DNA from: Planctomycetota bacterium
Lineage (GTDB): Bacteria > Planctomycetota > PLA2 > JAEUHO01
DNA: 64,000 nt
Direction of reading: 5' to 3'
NCBI GenBank assembly: GCA_965222115.1
Contig: CBDCTJ010000007.1
Span: forward strand, 1,312,001 to 1,376,000
Under the pieces are notes generated by a model. The model did not search any database. It saw only the letters and a list, made by a program, of their open reading frames with translations, and was not told where the DNA came from. The position numbers were made by a program, and so were the translations under genes. Shown here in pieces: positions 10,381 to 18,902 of this stretch; the first letter of the stretch is position 1; each line of letters opens with the position of its first letter.

Positions 10381-11373
10381 TTGACGTCTGTACGAATTCA
10401 AATCCTCGCCGTGCCCCTTGTCTTTGACTCCGCGTTTCACATTGTGCGTGACTCGCTGAGCACGGCCGTACGCGTGCAGCGAGAACGCGGTCCGGCGCAT
10501 CGCGTGCGCGTTGAGACGGTCACGGTCGATGGCAAACCCATCACCACGGGCAGTGGGCAGCGCGTGAAGCCCGTTCGCAGCGCCAGTCGAACACGCCCAG
10601 ATTTCGTTGTCATGCCGGGCTTTCGCGCAGGCGATGACGCAGAAGCCGTAGTCGACTACGTAGAGCGTCGAAGTACGCAGCCGATATTGCGTTGGATCGC
10701 ATCCCAGCGCGCGCGCGGCGCTTCACTCGCTACGGGCTGCACGGGTGTTTGGCTTTTCGCCGAGGCCGGTGTCTTGGAAGGGCGAGCGGCGACCACCACA
10801 TGGTATCTCGCCCAGGCATTCCAGCAGCGGTACCCAACAGTTCGATTGGACACAAAGAACATGACTACCAACGCCAGCGGAATCCGATGTGCTGGCGCGG
10901 CCATGGCTCACATGGACTTGGTCTTGGGCGTGATTGCGGATGTTTTTGGTGAAGACGTTTGTCGGCGCGTCGCTGCCGAGCTTCTACTTGATGCTCGACC
11001 CTCGCAAACCCACTTCATGATCAGCGACTTCTTGACGGACGGCAGTGAGGATGTACGCCGTGTCACGTCTTGGATTAAGTCCCATCTGCGTGAGCCCATT
11101 TCCGTTTCCAGTATGGCGAATGCCGGGCATGTGTCTAAGCGCACGCTAGCTCGACGTTTCAAGGAGTCGACAGGGCTCTCGCCGCTTCAGTTCGTGCAGC
11201 GCGTACGAGTTGAGGAAGCTGCGCGCCTTCTCCGCACGACGTCTCTTTCGGTTTCGGAAGTTGCGAAGCGAGTTGGATACGGCGATCGCGCCACGTTGCG
11301 CAGGCTCATGAAACGCCTCACGAATCAGACGCCTTCCGACCTGCGTGTGTCGCGTTCCGAAAAAACGGCGTAG
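10381..11373 (+). CDS. GlxA-family AraC regulator (DJ-1/PfpI + HTH), divergent from the NTF2 gene
   Basis: [23 protein letters not shown]; [10 protein letters not shown]; VAKRVGY. Confidence 0.9.
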   Translation: MTSVRIQILAVPLVFDSAFHIVRDSLSTAVRVQRERGPAHRVRVETVTVDGKPITTGSGQRVKPVRSASRTRPDFVVMPGFRAGDDAEAVVDYVERRSTQPILRWIASQRARGASLATGCTGVWLFAEAGVLEGRAATTTWYLAQAFQQRYPTVRLDTKNMTTNASGIRCAGAAMAHMDLVLGVIADVFGEDVCRRVAAELLLDARPSQTHFMISDFLTDGSEDVRRVTSWIKSHLREPISVSSMANAGHVSKRTLARRFKESTGLSPLQFVQRVRVEEAARLLRTTSLSVSEVAKRVGYGDRATLRRLMKRLTNQTPSDLRVSRSEKTA

Positions 11374-11468
11374 TGACCAGATTCTCTTGTGCTAGTAGAA
11401 CGAGTCGCGAGTCGGCCGCGAAGCTCCTGCACCCGAAGCAGGCGGCAGCGTCCCATGGGAAAATGAAA

Positions 11469-11545
11469 TGGTCGGGGCGAGAAGATTCGAACTTCCGACC
11501 TCCTGCTCCCGAAGCAGGCGCGCTACCAAGCTGCGCTACGCCCCG
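11469..11545 (-). tRNA. tRNA-Pro(CGG)
   Basis: CGGGGCGTAGCGCAGCTTGGTAGCGCG-CCTGC TTCGGGA GCAGG-...GTTCGAATC...CGCCCCGACCA, encoded CCA. Confidence 0.97.
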
Positions 11546-11742
11546 TAGGAATGCCTTGAGTGTTCAAGACGCAAACGGCTGGACAGTTATAGCCCGAAGT
11601 AGCGCGCCTCAAAGTAGGCGCCTAGGGGGTCTGGGGGAGAATCCCCCAGATAGAGGGCCAAGTTGCGCCACGCCCCGTTGATCAGGGTGGGACTGCTATA
11701 TGCTTGTTGAGCGGGGGTAGGACAAATTTGCGGGAGGTTCGC

Positions 11743-12216
11743 GTGACGACAATTCGGGACAAGCAGCTCGGTGAGCTGGTTCTCAGAGGGGGCGAATTCT
11801 GTACGACGATTGCGCGTGAAGGACGGAAGGTGCCGATCGAGATCGAGATCGAGATTGAGGATGTGGATGGACTGGCGCAGCCAATCGATTTATTGCCCGT
11901 GAAACTGGATGACATGCTCGCCGGCGCGCTCACGAGAGCTCGTTCCGAGGATGAATCCTCGGTGGAGATGTATGTCGAGCATCACCTCGATCAACTTGAG
12001 CCAGAGCAGTGGGAGAAGGTCTTGCCGGAGGGCACGAAGCCTACGGCAGACGCGGTTCGTGCAAGTCTCAACCTACGAAAGATCTGGGGTAGCTACGACG
12101 AAGACGGACTTAACCTCAATCTTGATCATGGATTGCCCGTCGAGCTAACGGACTATGTCATCGTTGTTCGCATTGATGCCGAAGGTGAGATCGACGACGT
12201 GTCGATGGAAAGTTGA
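11743..12216 (+). CDS. Acidic hypothetical protein, DUF2004-like
   Basis: GGGAGG before GTG; C-terminus TDYVIVVRIDAEGEIDDVSMES resembles DUF2004. Confidence 0.55.
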   Translation: MTTIRDKQLGELVLRGGEFCTTIAREGRKVPIEIEIEIEDVDGLAQPIDLLPVKLDDMLAGALTRARSEDESSVEMYVEHHLDQLEPEQWEKVLPEGTKPTADAVRASLNLRKIWGSYDEDGLNLNLDHGLPVELTDYVIVVRIDAEGEIDDVSMES

Positions 12217-12245
12217 ACGATCGCAGTTGAATCCACTCGCGTGGA

Positions 12246-12656
12246 TCAACTCGGTTCCGGTGCATGCGATTCGACGCCCGCGACCGCCAACACATTGCCC
12301 TCGGGGTCTGCGAAGTAGGCGACGTGGTCGCCCCAGGGTTTGAGGGTCTTGGGGCGCAGTTCGCGGGCGCCGAGGGCATTGAGTTTGTCGGTAGAGGCGT
12401 CGAGATCGTCGCAGCGTAGATAGAGTTCGGCTCCAGTGAGTTCGCCTTCGGGTACTTGTTTGGGTACATGACCCGTGTTGGCGCCGAAGGATCCTCGTTC
12501 GTAGAAGGAGACGCCGCGACCGTCCGGAAGCTCGAGCTCGACGTAGATGGGGAAGTCGGCACGACGGGGCCAACCGAAGGCCGCTTCATAGAACGTCGCC
12601 ATGGCCTCGACGTCGGTAACGGCGAGCACGGTAAGTATGTGATTCACGGCATTCAT
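12246..12656 (-). CDS. VOC/glyoxalase family protein
   Basis: LAVTDVEAMATFY, KPWGDHVAYFADPEGN. Confidence 0.9.
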   Translation of the reverse strand: MNAVNHILTVLAVTDVEAMATFYEAAFGWPRRADFPIYVELELPDGRGVSFYERGSFGANTGHVPKQVPEGELTGAELYLRCDDLDASTDKLNALGARELRPKTLKPWGDHVAYFADPEGNVLAVAGVESHAPEPS

Positions 12657-12725
12657 GAGCGGACTATCTCTCAAGTTTAGATCTAGCACAAGTCGCGAAG
12701 GACAAGGTGTATCCCGACAAGTGAG

Positions 12726-13091
12726 TTACAACCGCTCCAATCCCTCCGGCTCGATGGTGTAGTCGTGATCCACGTTGCCGGTGTTTCGGGTGGTGGCGGG
12801 TTCGAAAAGTAGGACGTGGGCGACGGTGGGGGCCACGGGCTTGTGCTCGACGCCGCGAGGAACAACATAGAACTCGCCGGGGTTTAGGGTGACGACCTGG
12901 TCGCGGAGGTGAATTTCGACAGTGCCGTGTGTGACGAGAAAGAGCTCGTCCTCGTGTTCATGGTGATGCCACACGTACTCACCTTCGAACTTGGCGAGCT
13001 TTACGAGTTGCCCGTTGAGCTCGCCCACGATCTTGGGCACCCACGGTTTATCGATGGTCTTGAAGGCAGCGTCAAGCGTGACTTTGTTCAT
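12726..13091 (-). CDS. Cupin domain protein
   Basis: WHHHEHEDELF, VVPRGVEHKP; ATG overlaps upstream stop (TAATG). Confidence 0.9.
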   Translation of the reverse strand: MNKVTLDAAFKTIDKPWVPKIVGELNGQLVKLAKFEGEYVWHHHEHEDELFLVTHGTVEIHLRDQVVTLNPGEFYVVPRGVEHKPVAPTVAHVLLFEPATTRNTGNVDHDYTIEPEGLERL

Positions 13092-14197
13092 TAGATGCCT
13101 TTGGGGCCCGTTGCAGCTATCTTTCGTGGGGCGCGTCGCGCGAAACGCCGTGTCATTTGAATTTGGTTGCCATCGAGGTTCCAGGACACCGAATCCATGT
13201 GGTGAAGAATCAACTGCAAACCGCGTCCATGTAGCGCGGTGGTGTCGGCCCATGGTTTGGACAGCTCACCGGTGGGCTCAAATCCCGGGCCTTCATCGCG
13301 AATGGTGTAGTGAACGGCAGAGGGTTCGTAGGTGGCGAGTACGTGGACGTGTCGGCCCGCGTACTTGTCGTCGCCGACACGCTCGCGTATCAATCCGCGC
13401 ACGCCTTGTTCGGTGGCCATGGCGTTGGTCTTTTCTTCAAAGGTGATCTCAAGATTGCCGTGTTCGATGGCATTGGCAAGTGCTTCAAAGAGCGCGAGTT
13501 GAATGCCGGTCTGTGGTAGGTCATAACCGGGAAAGTGATGACGTAGGTCGCGGATCAAGAACTTCACGACACGCCCAACGATATCTGGATTGCTGTCCAG
13601 CGTGAGCTCCGTTCGACGGTCCACGACGAACTCAAGCGCCTGACGGGCGTCGTGTTCTGCGGCCAATGTTTGTCGCACTTGGTCATATACAAAGCGCAGT
13701 TCTCGTTCGTCAAACGGTTTGTGGACAAAGTTGATGGCGCCATACGAAAGTGCGCGTTCCAGATGTTCCCGGCCTGCTTTGGAAGACAATACGACGACGG
13801 ACAGGGACGGCGCGATGTCGCGCATGTCGGACAGGAGATCGATGGCGGAGCCATCCGGAAACGACAGGTCGAGCATGACCAAATCGGGTCGCTGATGGGT
13901 TACGACGTCCATAGCGTGCGAGCGGCTATCGGTTGACGACGTCACATACCCGCAACTGCTGGCCACATCGCAGAGCGTGGTGCGCGCGTCACGGTGGAGA
14001 TCCACAATCAGCGCGACGGGCGACTGGGCAGCCTCGGGTTGGTTCGAAGACGTTGAAATGTCGAAACTCCCACGAATCTCGTAGCACAAGAGGCGAGGCG
14101 AGGGCGTGGATTGTACGACGACCGGCTTCAATCCACTTGAGATTCGAGCCCATCGGGGCACCCTCGTGTCGATTGGGGTAGAGTGACGCCTCGCCAC
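13091..14197 (-). CDS. Response regulator receiver fused to HATPase_c_2 (RsbW-like) domain; start uncertain
   Basis: PDLVMLDL, KPF; EALANAIEHGN, IRDEGPGF, GRGL. Confidence 0.85.
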   Translation of the reverse strand: MARRHSTPIDTRVPRWARISSGLKPVVVQSTPSPRLLCYEIRGSFDISTSSNQPEAAQSPVALIVDLHRDARTTLCDVASSCGYVTSSTDSRSHAMDVVTHQRPDLVMLDLSFPDGSAIDLLSDMRDIAPSLSVVVLSSKAGREHLERALSYGAINFVHKPFDERELRFVYDQVRQTLAAEHDARQALEFVVDRRTELTLDSNPDIVGRVVKFLIRDLRHHFPGYDLPQTGIQLALFEALANAIEHGNLEITFEEKTNAMATEQGVRGLIRERVGDDKYAGRHVHVLATYEPSAVHYTIRDEGPGFEPTGELSKPWADTTALHGRGLQLILHHMDSVSWNLDGNQIQMTRRFARRAPRKIAATGPKGI

Positions 14198-14223
14198 CGA
14201 TCGACGTGCGGGATTTCAACTGA

Positions 14224-16923
14224 GTGTCGAAGAATCTTCCTCGTATTCATTGCCCCGCGTGCGGCACACGCTTTGTGGTGGATCCTGCGCGTGTTCCAGA
14301 AGGGCTGGACGGCATGCCGGCCAAATGCCGATCATGTTCCGCGCGCATGATCGTTCGTTCGCGCGCTGGCGCATTGACGGTGAGCTTGGCGTCTACCCGT
14401 GCCGTCGCTGCCGATGCAGTTGCTCGCGCGGTCGATGCGCCTTCGGCGCGTGGTCAAGGCGGGAGTGCAGCCTTTATGTCGGGCGATCGGGTGGGTCGTT
14501 ACGAGATTGAAGCAGTCGTTGGGCGCGGCGGCATGGGCACGGTGTACAAAGCCTACGACCCCACGTCGAGACGCCATGTGGCACTCAAATCCCTGGTTCC
14601 ACAAGCGCAAGAACTCGACGTGTTGCGGTTTGAACGCGAGATCGCAGTACAGGGAAATATTCAACACCCAAACATCATGCCCATCTTTGATAGTGGCGTC
14701 GTTGGTACTACGCGCTATTACACAATGGAACTGCTGCATCAACCACTCGACTTGATTGACATAACCGCCCTTGTGCATGAGGGACAGGCTGCGAAGGACC
14801 ATGATCTCGCTCGCGTTGCAACCATCACCGACGTGATGCGAACGATTGTCTTGCCTTTGTGTCGCGCAACACACCACGCAAATACCAAAGAAGGTGTGTT
14901 GCATCGAGATATCAAGCCCGGCAACATCATGGTGGATCGGGGTGAGTTGCGTCCTTACCTCATCGACTTTGGCGTGGCGTCGTTGCTACGTGCCGATCAC
15001 CCGCGTTTGGCCGATCTTGACAAGTCGCTTCCCGTGCCATTGCGTGGCGAAGGCGTGCACGTCGCCGGAACGCTCGTGTTTATGCCGCCCGAGCAGGCAC
15101 GCGGCGAAGCCCACGCTACGGGCGATGTGTGGGGGCTCGGCGCGGTGATGCATTACATCGTGTCGGGCGAGCCGCCGCTTGAGTCGGCGAAGAAATCCAA
15201 GCTCAGTCGTCGTGAACGCATGGCGAATCTATCGATGCTGATCGAGCAAGCGCGTGACGAAGGCAATCATGGTGATGCCAAGCAGTACATGGCCATGCTC
15301 GAACGGGTGAAATCGGGTCAAGAGCGCTCGATCGACGATTTGCGCCGTGACGTATTGCGCGGGCACTACAAGCGACGCCCGCCCGGCGTGGAGCCCGGAC
15401 TCGACGCCATGATTTCCAAGGCGATGCATCCCGATCCGGATCAGCGTTACGAAACGGCTGGCGCACTACACGATGCCCTGTCTCAGTGGCTGGATGAACG
15501 CCGTCCGCGTTCACGGCGGGGCGGTACGCACGGGCGTGAGTCATCTTCGGGTCGCCGTTGGAAGTCGCTTGTAACGGCAGGACTTGTGGGCCTTGTGCTG
15601 GGCGGCGCAATTGGCATGTTGTGGCCGAAGAAGAAGCATGACGTGTCTGCCGATCGCGACATGCTGCTCAATCGGAGTCAAGTGGCCATATCGAGCGATC
15701 AGTTAACGGACGCAAGAGACGCGGTGCGTCGTGCCCTTGTGCTCGATCCCACCCATCAGCCAAGTTGGAACGCGTTGCAAGAAGTCGATCGACTCAAGCG
15801 TAAGGCGCGCTTGTCTGAGCGTTGCGATCAATTGGCGCGTGAGGTGGAACGTGCGAAGCTCGGGGAGCGTGTGGGGCTTGCCAAACAACTTGAAGCAACG
15901 ATTTCGAACGACTACGAGCCGTTGCTAACCGCGCAGGAGCGAGTCGCTGAAGCGAATGCGTTGAACGCGTGGCATGCGATTGCGGATACGCGCTGCACGA
16001 TTCATGTGAACGGCATACCGGAGCAGGCACGGGTCGACCTTGTTCGTGTGGATCGTTCGTCGCGACGACTCTTATTGAATGCAGTCACGCCCGTGGACAT
16101 GCCAGCAGATGCGAGTAAGGGAATAACGCTACGCGTTGATGCGGGTCGGGTTGTCGTGCGCATTCGCAAGTCTAGCAAAGACGACCGGGAACACGCACTG
16201 TTCATTCCCGTAGATGCGCGCCAGCCCAGTAGTGTTGTAGAAGTCATGTGCGCGACCGATCCGACCACGGTTCCTGCATCGATGCAGTATGTGCCTGCAC
16301 TGCGAGCGGAAGCGCCAGCACTTTGGGTCGATCGAAAAGAGGTCACCGGTGCTGAGTACGCCGGTTTTCTAAAGACGCTTTCGCCCGAGGAGCGGCATCA
16401 ACGCGTGCCGCGCGTAGCCGGCGCATTAGGCATTGCGCCGCGTCCACTGTGGGATCGAACGGGGGAAACCTATGAACCTTCCGCGCACCACCGTTCGCGA
16501 CCGGTTGAAGGAATCAGTTTGGACGATGCTCGTGCCTACGCGAAGCACGCAGGAAAACGCTTGCCCACGTTTGAGGAGTGGCAACACATCGCGCGTGGTG
16601 GCGACGACCGACCTACGGCTATTGGCGCGGCGTCACTTTTGTCCGGCACACGCGTGCACGTCAATGCACCCGTAGCCGGTTCCTCGATCGGGCCTACAGG
16701 CGACGACGTTAATCCCTACGGGATCGCCGATCTCACCGGCAACGTGAGTGAGTTCACAACAACGCAGCGCACGTGGGCCGGAGTTCACGGATTCTTGGTG
16801 GCCGGGGGCTCCTATGCTCGGGGCGCTGCGGCGGCACTCATCGACGAGGCACGTCCTGTGCCCAGTTGGATGCCACAGGACGGTGTTGGGTTTCGTTGCG
16901 TTCGCGAGGTGCCCCTGAAATAG
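14224..16923 (+). CDS. Membrane Ser/Thr kinase with N-terminal zinc ribbon and C-terminal FGE-sulfatase domain
   Basis: CPAC..CRSC; GRGGMGTVY, HRDIKPGN, DFG, PPEQ; TM segment; RLPTFEEW, DLTGNVSE, GFRCV. Confidence 0.92.
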   Translation: MSKNLPRIHCPACGTRFVVDPARVPEGLDGMPAKCRSCSARMIVRSRAGALTVSLASTRAVAADAVARAVDAPSARGQGGSAAFMSGDRVGRYEIEAVVGRGGMGTVYKAYDPTSRRHVALKSLVPQAQELDVLRFEREIAVQGNIQHPNIMPIFDSGVVGTTRYYTMELLHQPLDLIDITALVHEGQAAKDHDLARVATITDVMRTIVLPLCRATHHANTKEGVLHRDIKPGNIMVDRGELRPYLIDFGVASLLRADHPRLADLDKSLPVPLRGEGVHVAGTLVFMPPEQARGEAHATGDVWGLGAVMHYIVSGEPPLESAKKSKLSRRERMANLSMLIEQARDEGNHGDAKQYMAMLERVKSGQERSIDDLRRDVLRGHYKRRPPGVEPGLDAMISKAMHPDPDQRYETAGALHDALSQWLDERRPRSRRGGTHGRESSSGRRWKSLVTAGLVGLVLGGAIGMLWPKKKHDVSADRDMLLNRSQVAISSDQLTDARDAVRRALVLDPTHQPSWNALQEVDRLKRKARLSERCDQLAREVERAKLGERVGLAKQLEATISNDYEPLLTAQERVAEANALNAWHAIADTRCTIHVNGIPEQARVDLVRVDRSSRRLLLNAVTPVDMPADASKGITLRVDAGRVVVRIRKSSKDDREHALFIPVDARQPSSVVEVMCATDPTTVPASMQYVPALRAEAPALWVDRKEVTGAEYAGFLKTLSPEERHQRVPRVAGALGIAPRPLWDRTGETYEPSAHHRSRPVEGISLDDARAYAKHAGKRLPTFEEWQHIARGGDDRPTAIGAASLLSGTRVHVNAPVAGSSIGPTGDDVNPYGIADLTGNVSEFTTTQRTWAGVHGFLVAGGSYARGAAAALIDEARPVPSWMPQDGVGFRCVREVPLK

Positions 16924-17041
16924 CGCTTTGGCCGAGTACACGCGATTCTTTCGCTGGCAAAGCCCCGTTCGCCCTTGGTCACGGCTCGCTCGGGAGTACC
17001 TTCACGGCGTGCGCCCTCGAATCGGGACGCCGGAGTTGTTC

Positions 17042-18892
17042 ATGGCCGCTGCCCTTTCATCCATTCGCAATGTTGCCGTCGTGGCGCACGTCGACCACGG
17101 CAAAACAACGCTCGTAGACAAGCTGCTCGTCACGGCGGGTGCAATCGCGGCCCTTCCAGAAGACGAATCGCTCGTCATGGACAACAACGCGCTCGAGGGC
17201 GAGCGCGGCATCACCATCTTCTCGAAGAACTGCGCGATTCACTATCGCGACACAAAGATCAATCTCATTGACACGCCGGGCCACGCTGATTTCGGCGGTG
17301 AAGTCGAGCGCGTGTTGCGCATGGCCGATGGCGTTCTTTTGTTGGTCGATGCCTACGAAGGTCCGCTGCCGCAAACGCGATTCGTCTTGCGCAAGGCGAT
17401 GGATGGCGGACTCAAACCGATCGTGGTCATCAACAAAGTGGATCGACGTGATGCGCGGCCCCAAGGCGTACTGAATCTCGTGTACGACCTCTTCATTGAA
17501 CTTGGCGCTGAAGATGATGATCTTGAGTTTCCGGTGCTTTACGCATCGGGCCGGCAAGGCATTTCCGGTCACGAGCCGGATCAATTGCAGCAAAATCTCC
17601 TGCCGATTCTCGATGGCATTCTCGAACACGTCCCACCGCCGCCCTGCGATCCGCAGGCGCCTATGGGTATGCCAGTTTGTGACGTCGTAGTCGATCGCTT
17701 CAAAGGACGTCTCGCTGTGGGTCGCGTGGAGAGCGGCACGGTGCGCGAAGGCCAGACACTCGTTCGCCTGACGTCAGACGGTGAAACGAAGGAACGACGC
17801 GCGGTAAAGCTCTTGACCTTCGAAGGCATGAAGCGCGTTGATGCCAAGTCTGCGATGGGCGGCGACATCGTTGTCATCTCTGGCTTGGAAGGCGTCGAGA
17901 TCGGCGACACGATTACCGATCCCGAGAATCCCGTGAAACCGTGGACGATGCGCGTGGAAGCGCCCACACTCACAATGGAGTTTCGTGTCAATGACTCGCC
18001 CGTGGCGGGTACCGAAGGTACCTACGTTACGTCGCGTCACATCAAAGAACGGTTGTCGCGCGCTGCACAGGAAGACGTGGCGCTTCAAGTGTTGCCGTCT
18101 AAAGAAGGCGATGCTGTGGAAGTGCGTGGACGCGGCATTTTGCATATCGGCATCTTGATTGAAACGTTACGGCGCGAAGGCTACGAGTTTGCTGTTGGGC
18201 GTCCCCAAGTGCTGATGAAGGAGACCGAGCGCGGGTTGGAAGAACCCATGGAAACCGTCCACGTGGAGGTGCCGCCCACCGACTCGGGCAAAGTAATCGA
18301 GATGATGGGCCGCCGCCGCGGTGAACTCATCGACATGAAGACGCAAGGGGATCTCACGTTTCTAGAGTTTGAGGCACCGTCGCGTGGACTGATCGGGCTG
18401 CGAACGCGTTTGCTGAGTGCTACGAAGGGGGAAGCGGTGCTTACGTCGGTGTTTAAGCGCTATTGCATTCACCGCGGCTCGATTCCACGACGGAGTTCGG
18501 GCAGTCAGGTGTCGAGTGAAACGGGTCAGGTGCGAGCCTACGCGCTCAATGGACTCACCGATCGCGGGCCCTTCTTTGTGGACGCGGGCGAGAATGTGTA
18601 TGAAGGCCAGATCACCGGCGAACATCGCCGCGACGAAGATGTACTGGTCAATCCATGCAAGCGGAAAAACCTCACCAATATGCGCTCATCGGGTGCCGAC
18701 GAGAAGGCCGACTACCCTCCGCCCGTCCGCAAGGGCATTGAAGAGTCGCTCGAGTTCATTGCCGAAGACGAGCTACTGGAAGTCACACCCCAGTCGCTAC
18801 GTATGCGCAAGCGACTTCTCAAAGAAGTCGATCGACGGAAGGAGCGCCGCCGCAAACGGAGCGAAGTCGAACGTTCCCGTTCCGGTTCGTAA
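17042..18892 (+). CDS. typA: Translational GTPase TypA/BipA
   Basis: AHVDHGKTTL, ERGITI, DTPGHADFGGEVER, NKVD, LRREGYE. Confidence 0.97.
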   Translation: MAAALSSIRNVAVVAHVDHGKTTLVDKLLVTAGAIAALPEDESLVMDNNALEGERGITIFSKNCAIHYRDTKINLIDTPGHADFGGEVERVLRMADGVLLLVDAYEGPLPQTRFVLRKAMDGGLKPIVVINKVDRRDARPQGVLNLVYDLFIELGAEDDDLEFPVLYASGRQGISGHEPDQLQQNLLPILDGILEHVPPPPCDPQAPMGMPVCDVVVDRFKGRLAVGRVESGTVREGQTLVRLTSDGETKERRAVKLLTFEGMKRVDAKSAMGGDIVVISGLEGVEIGDTITDPENPVKPWTMRVEAPTLTMEFRVNDSPVAGTEGTYVTSRHIKERLSRAAQEDVALQVLPSKEGDAVEVRGRGILHIGILIETLRREGYEFAVGRPQVLMKETERGLEEPMETVHVEVPPTDSGKVIEMMGRRRGELIDMKTQGDLTFLEFEAPSRGLIGLRTRLLSATKGEAVLTSVFKRYCIHRGSIPRRSSGSQVSSETGQVRAYALNGLTDRGPFFVDAGENVYEGQITGEHRRDEDVLVNPCKRKNLTNMRSSGADEKADYPPPVRKGIEESLEFIAEDELLEVTPQSLRMRKRLLKEVDRRKERRRKRSEVERSRSGS

Positions 18893-18902
18893 GGTCGACG
18901 CC

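Noticed and set aside
11834-11860. GATCGA hexamer repeat
   Set aside because: Encodes IEIEIEIE within a CDS; too short to interpret
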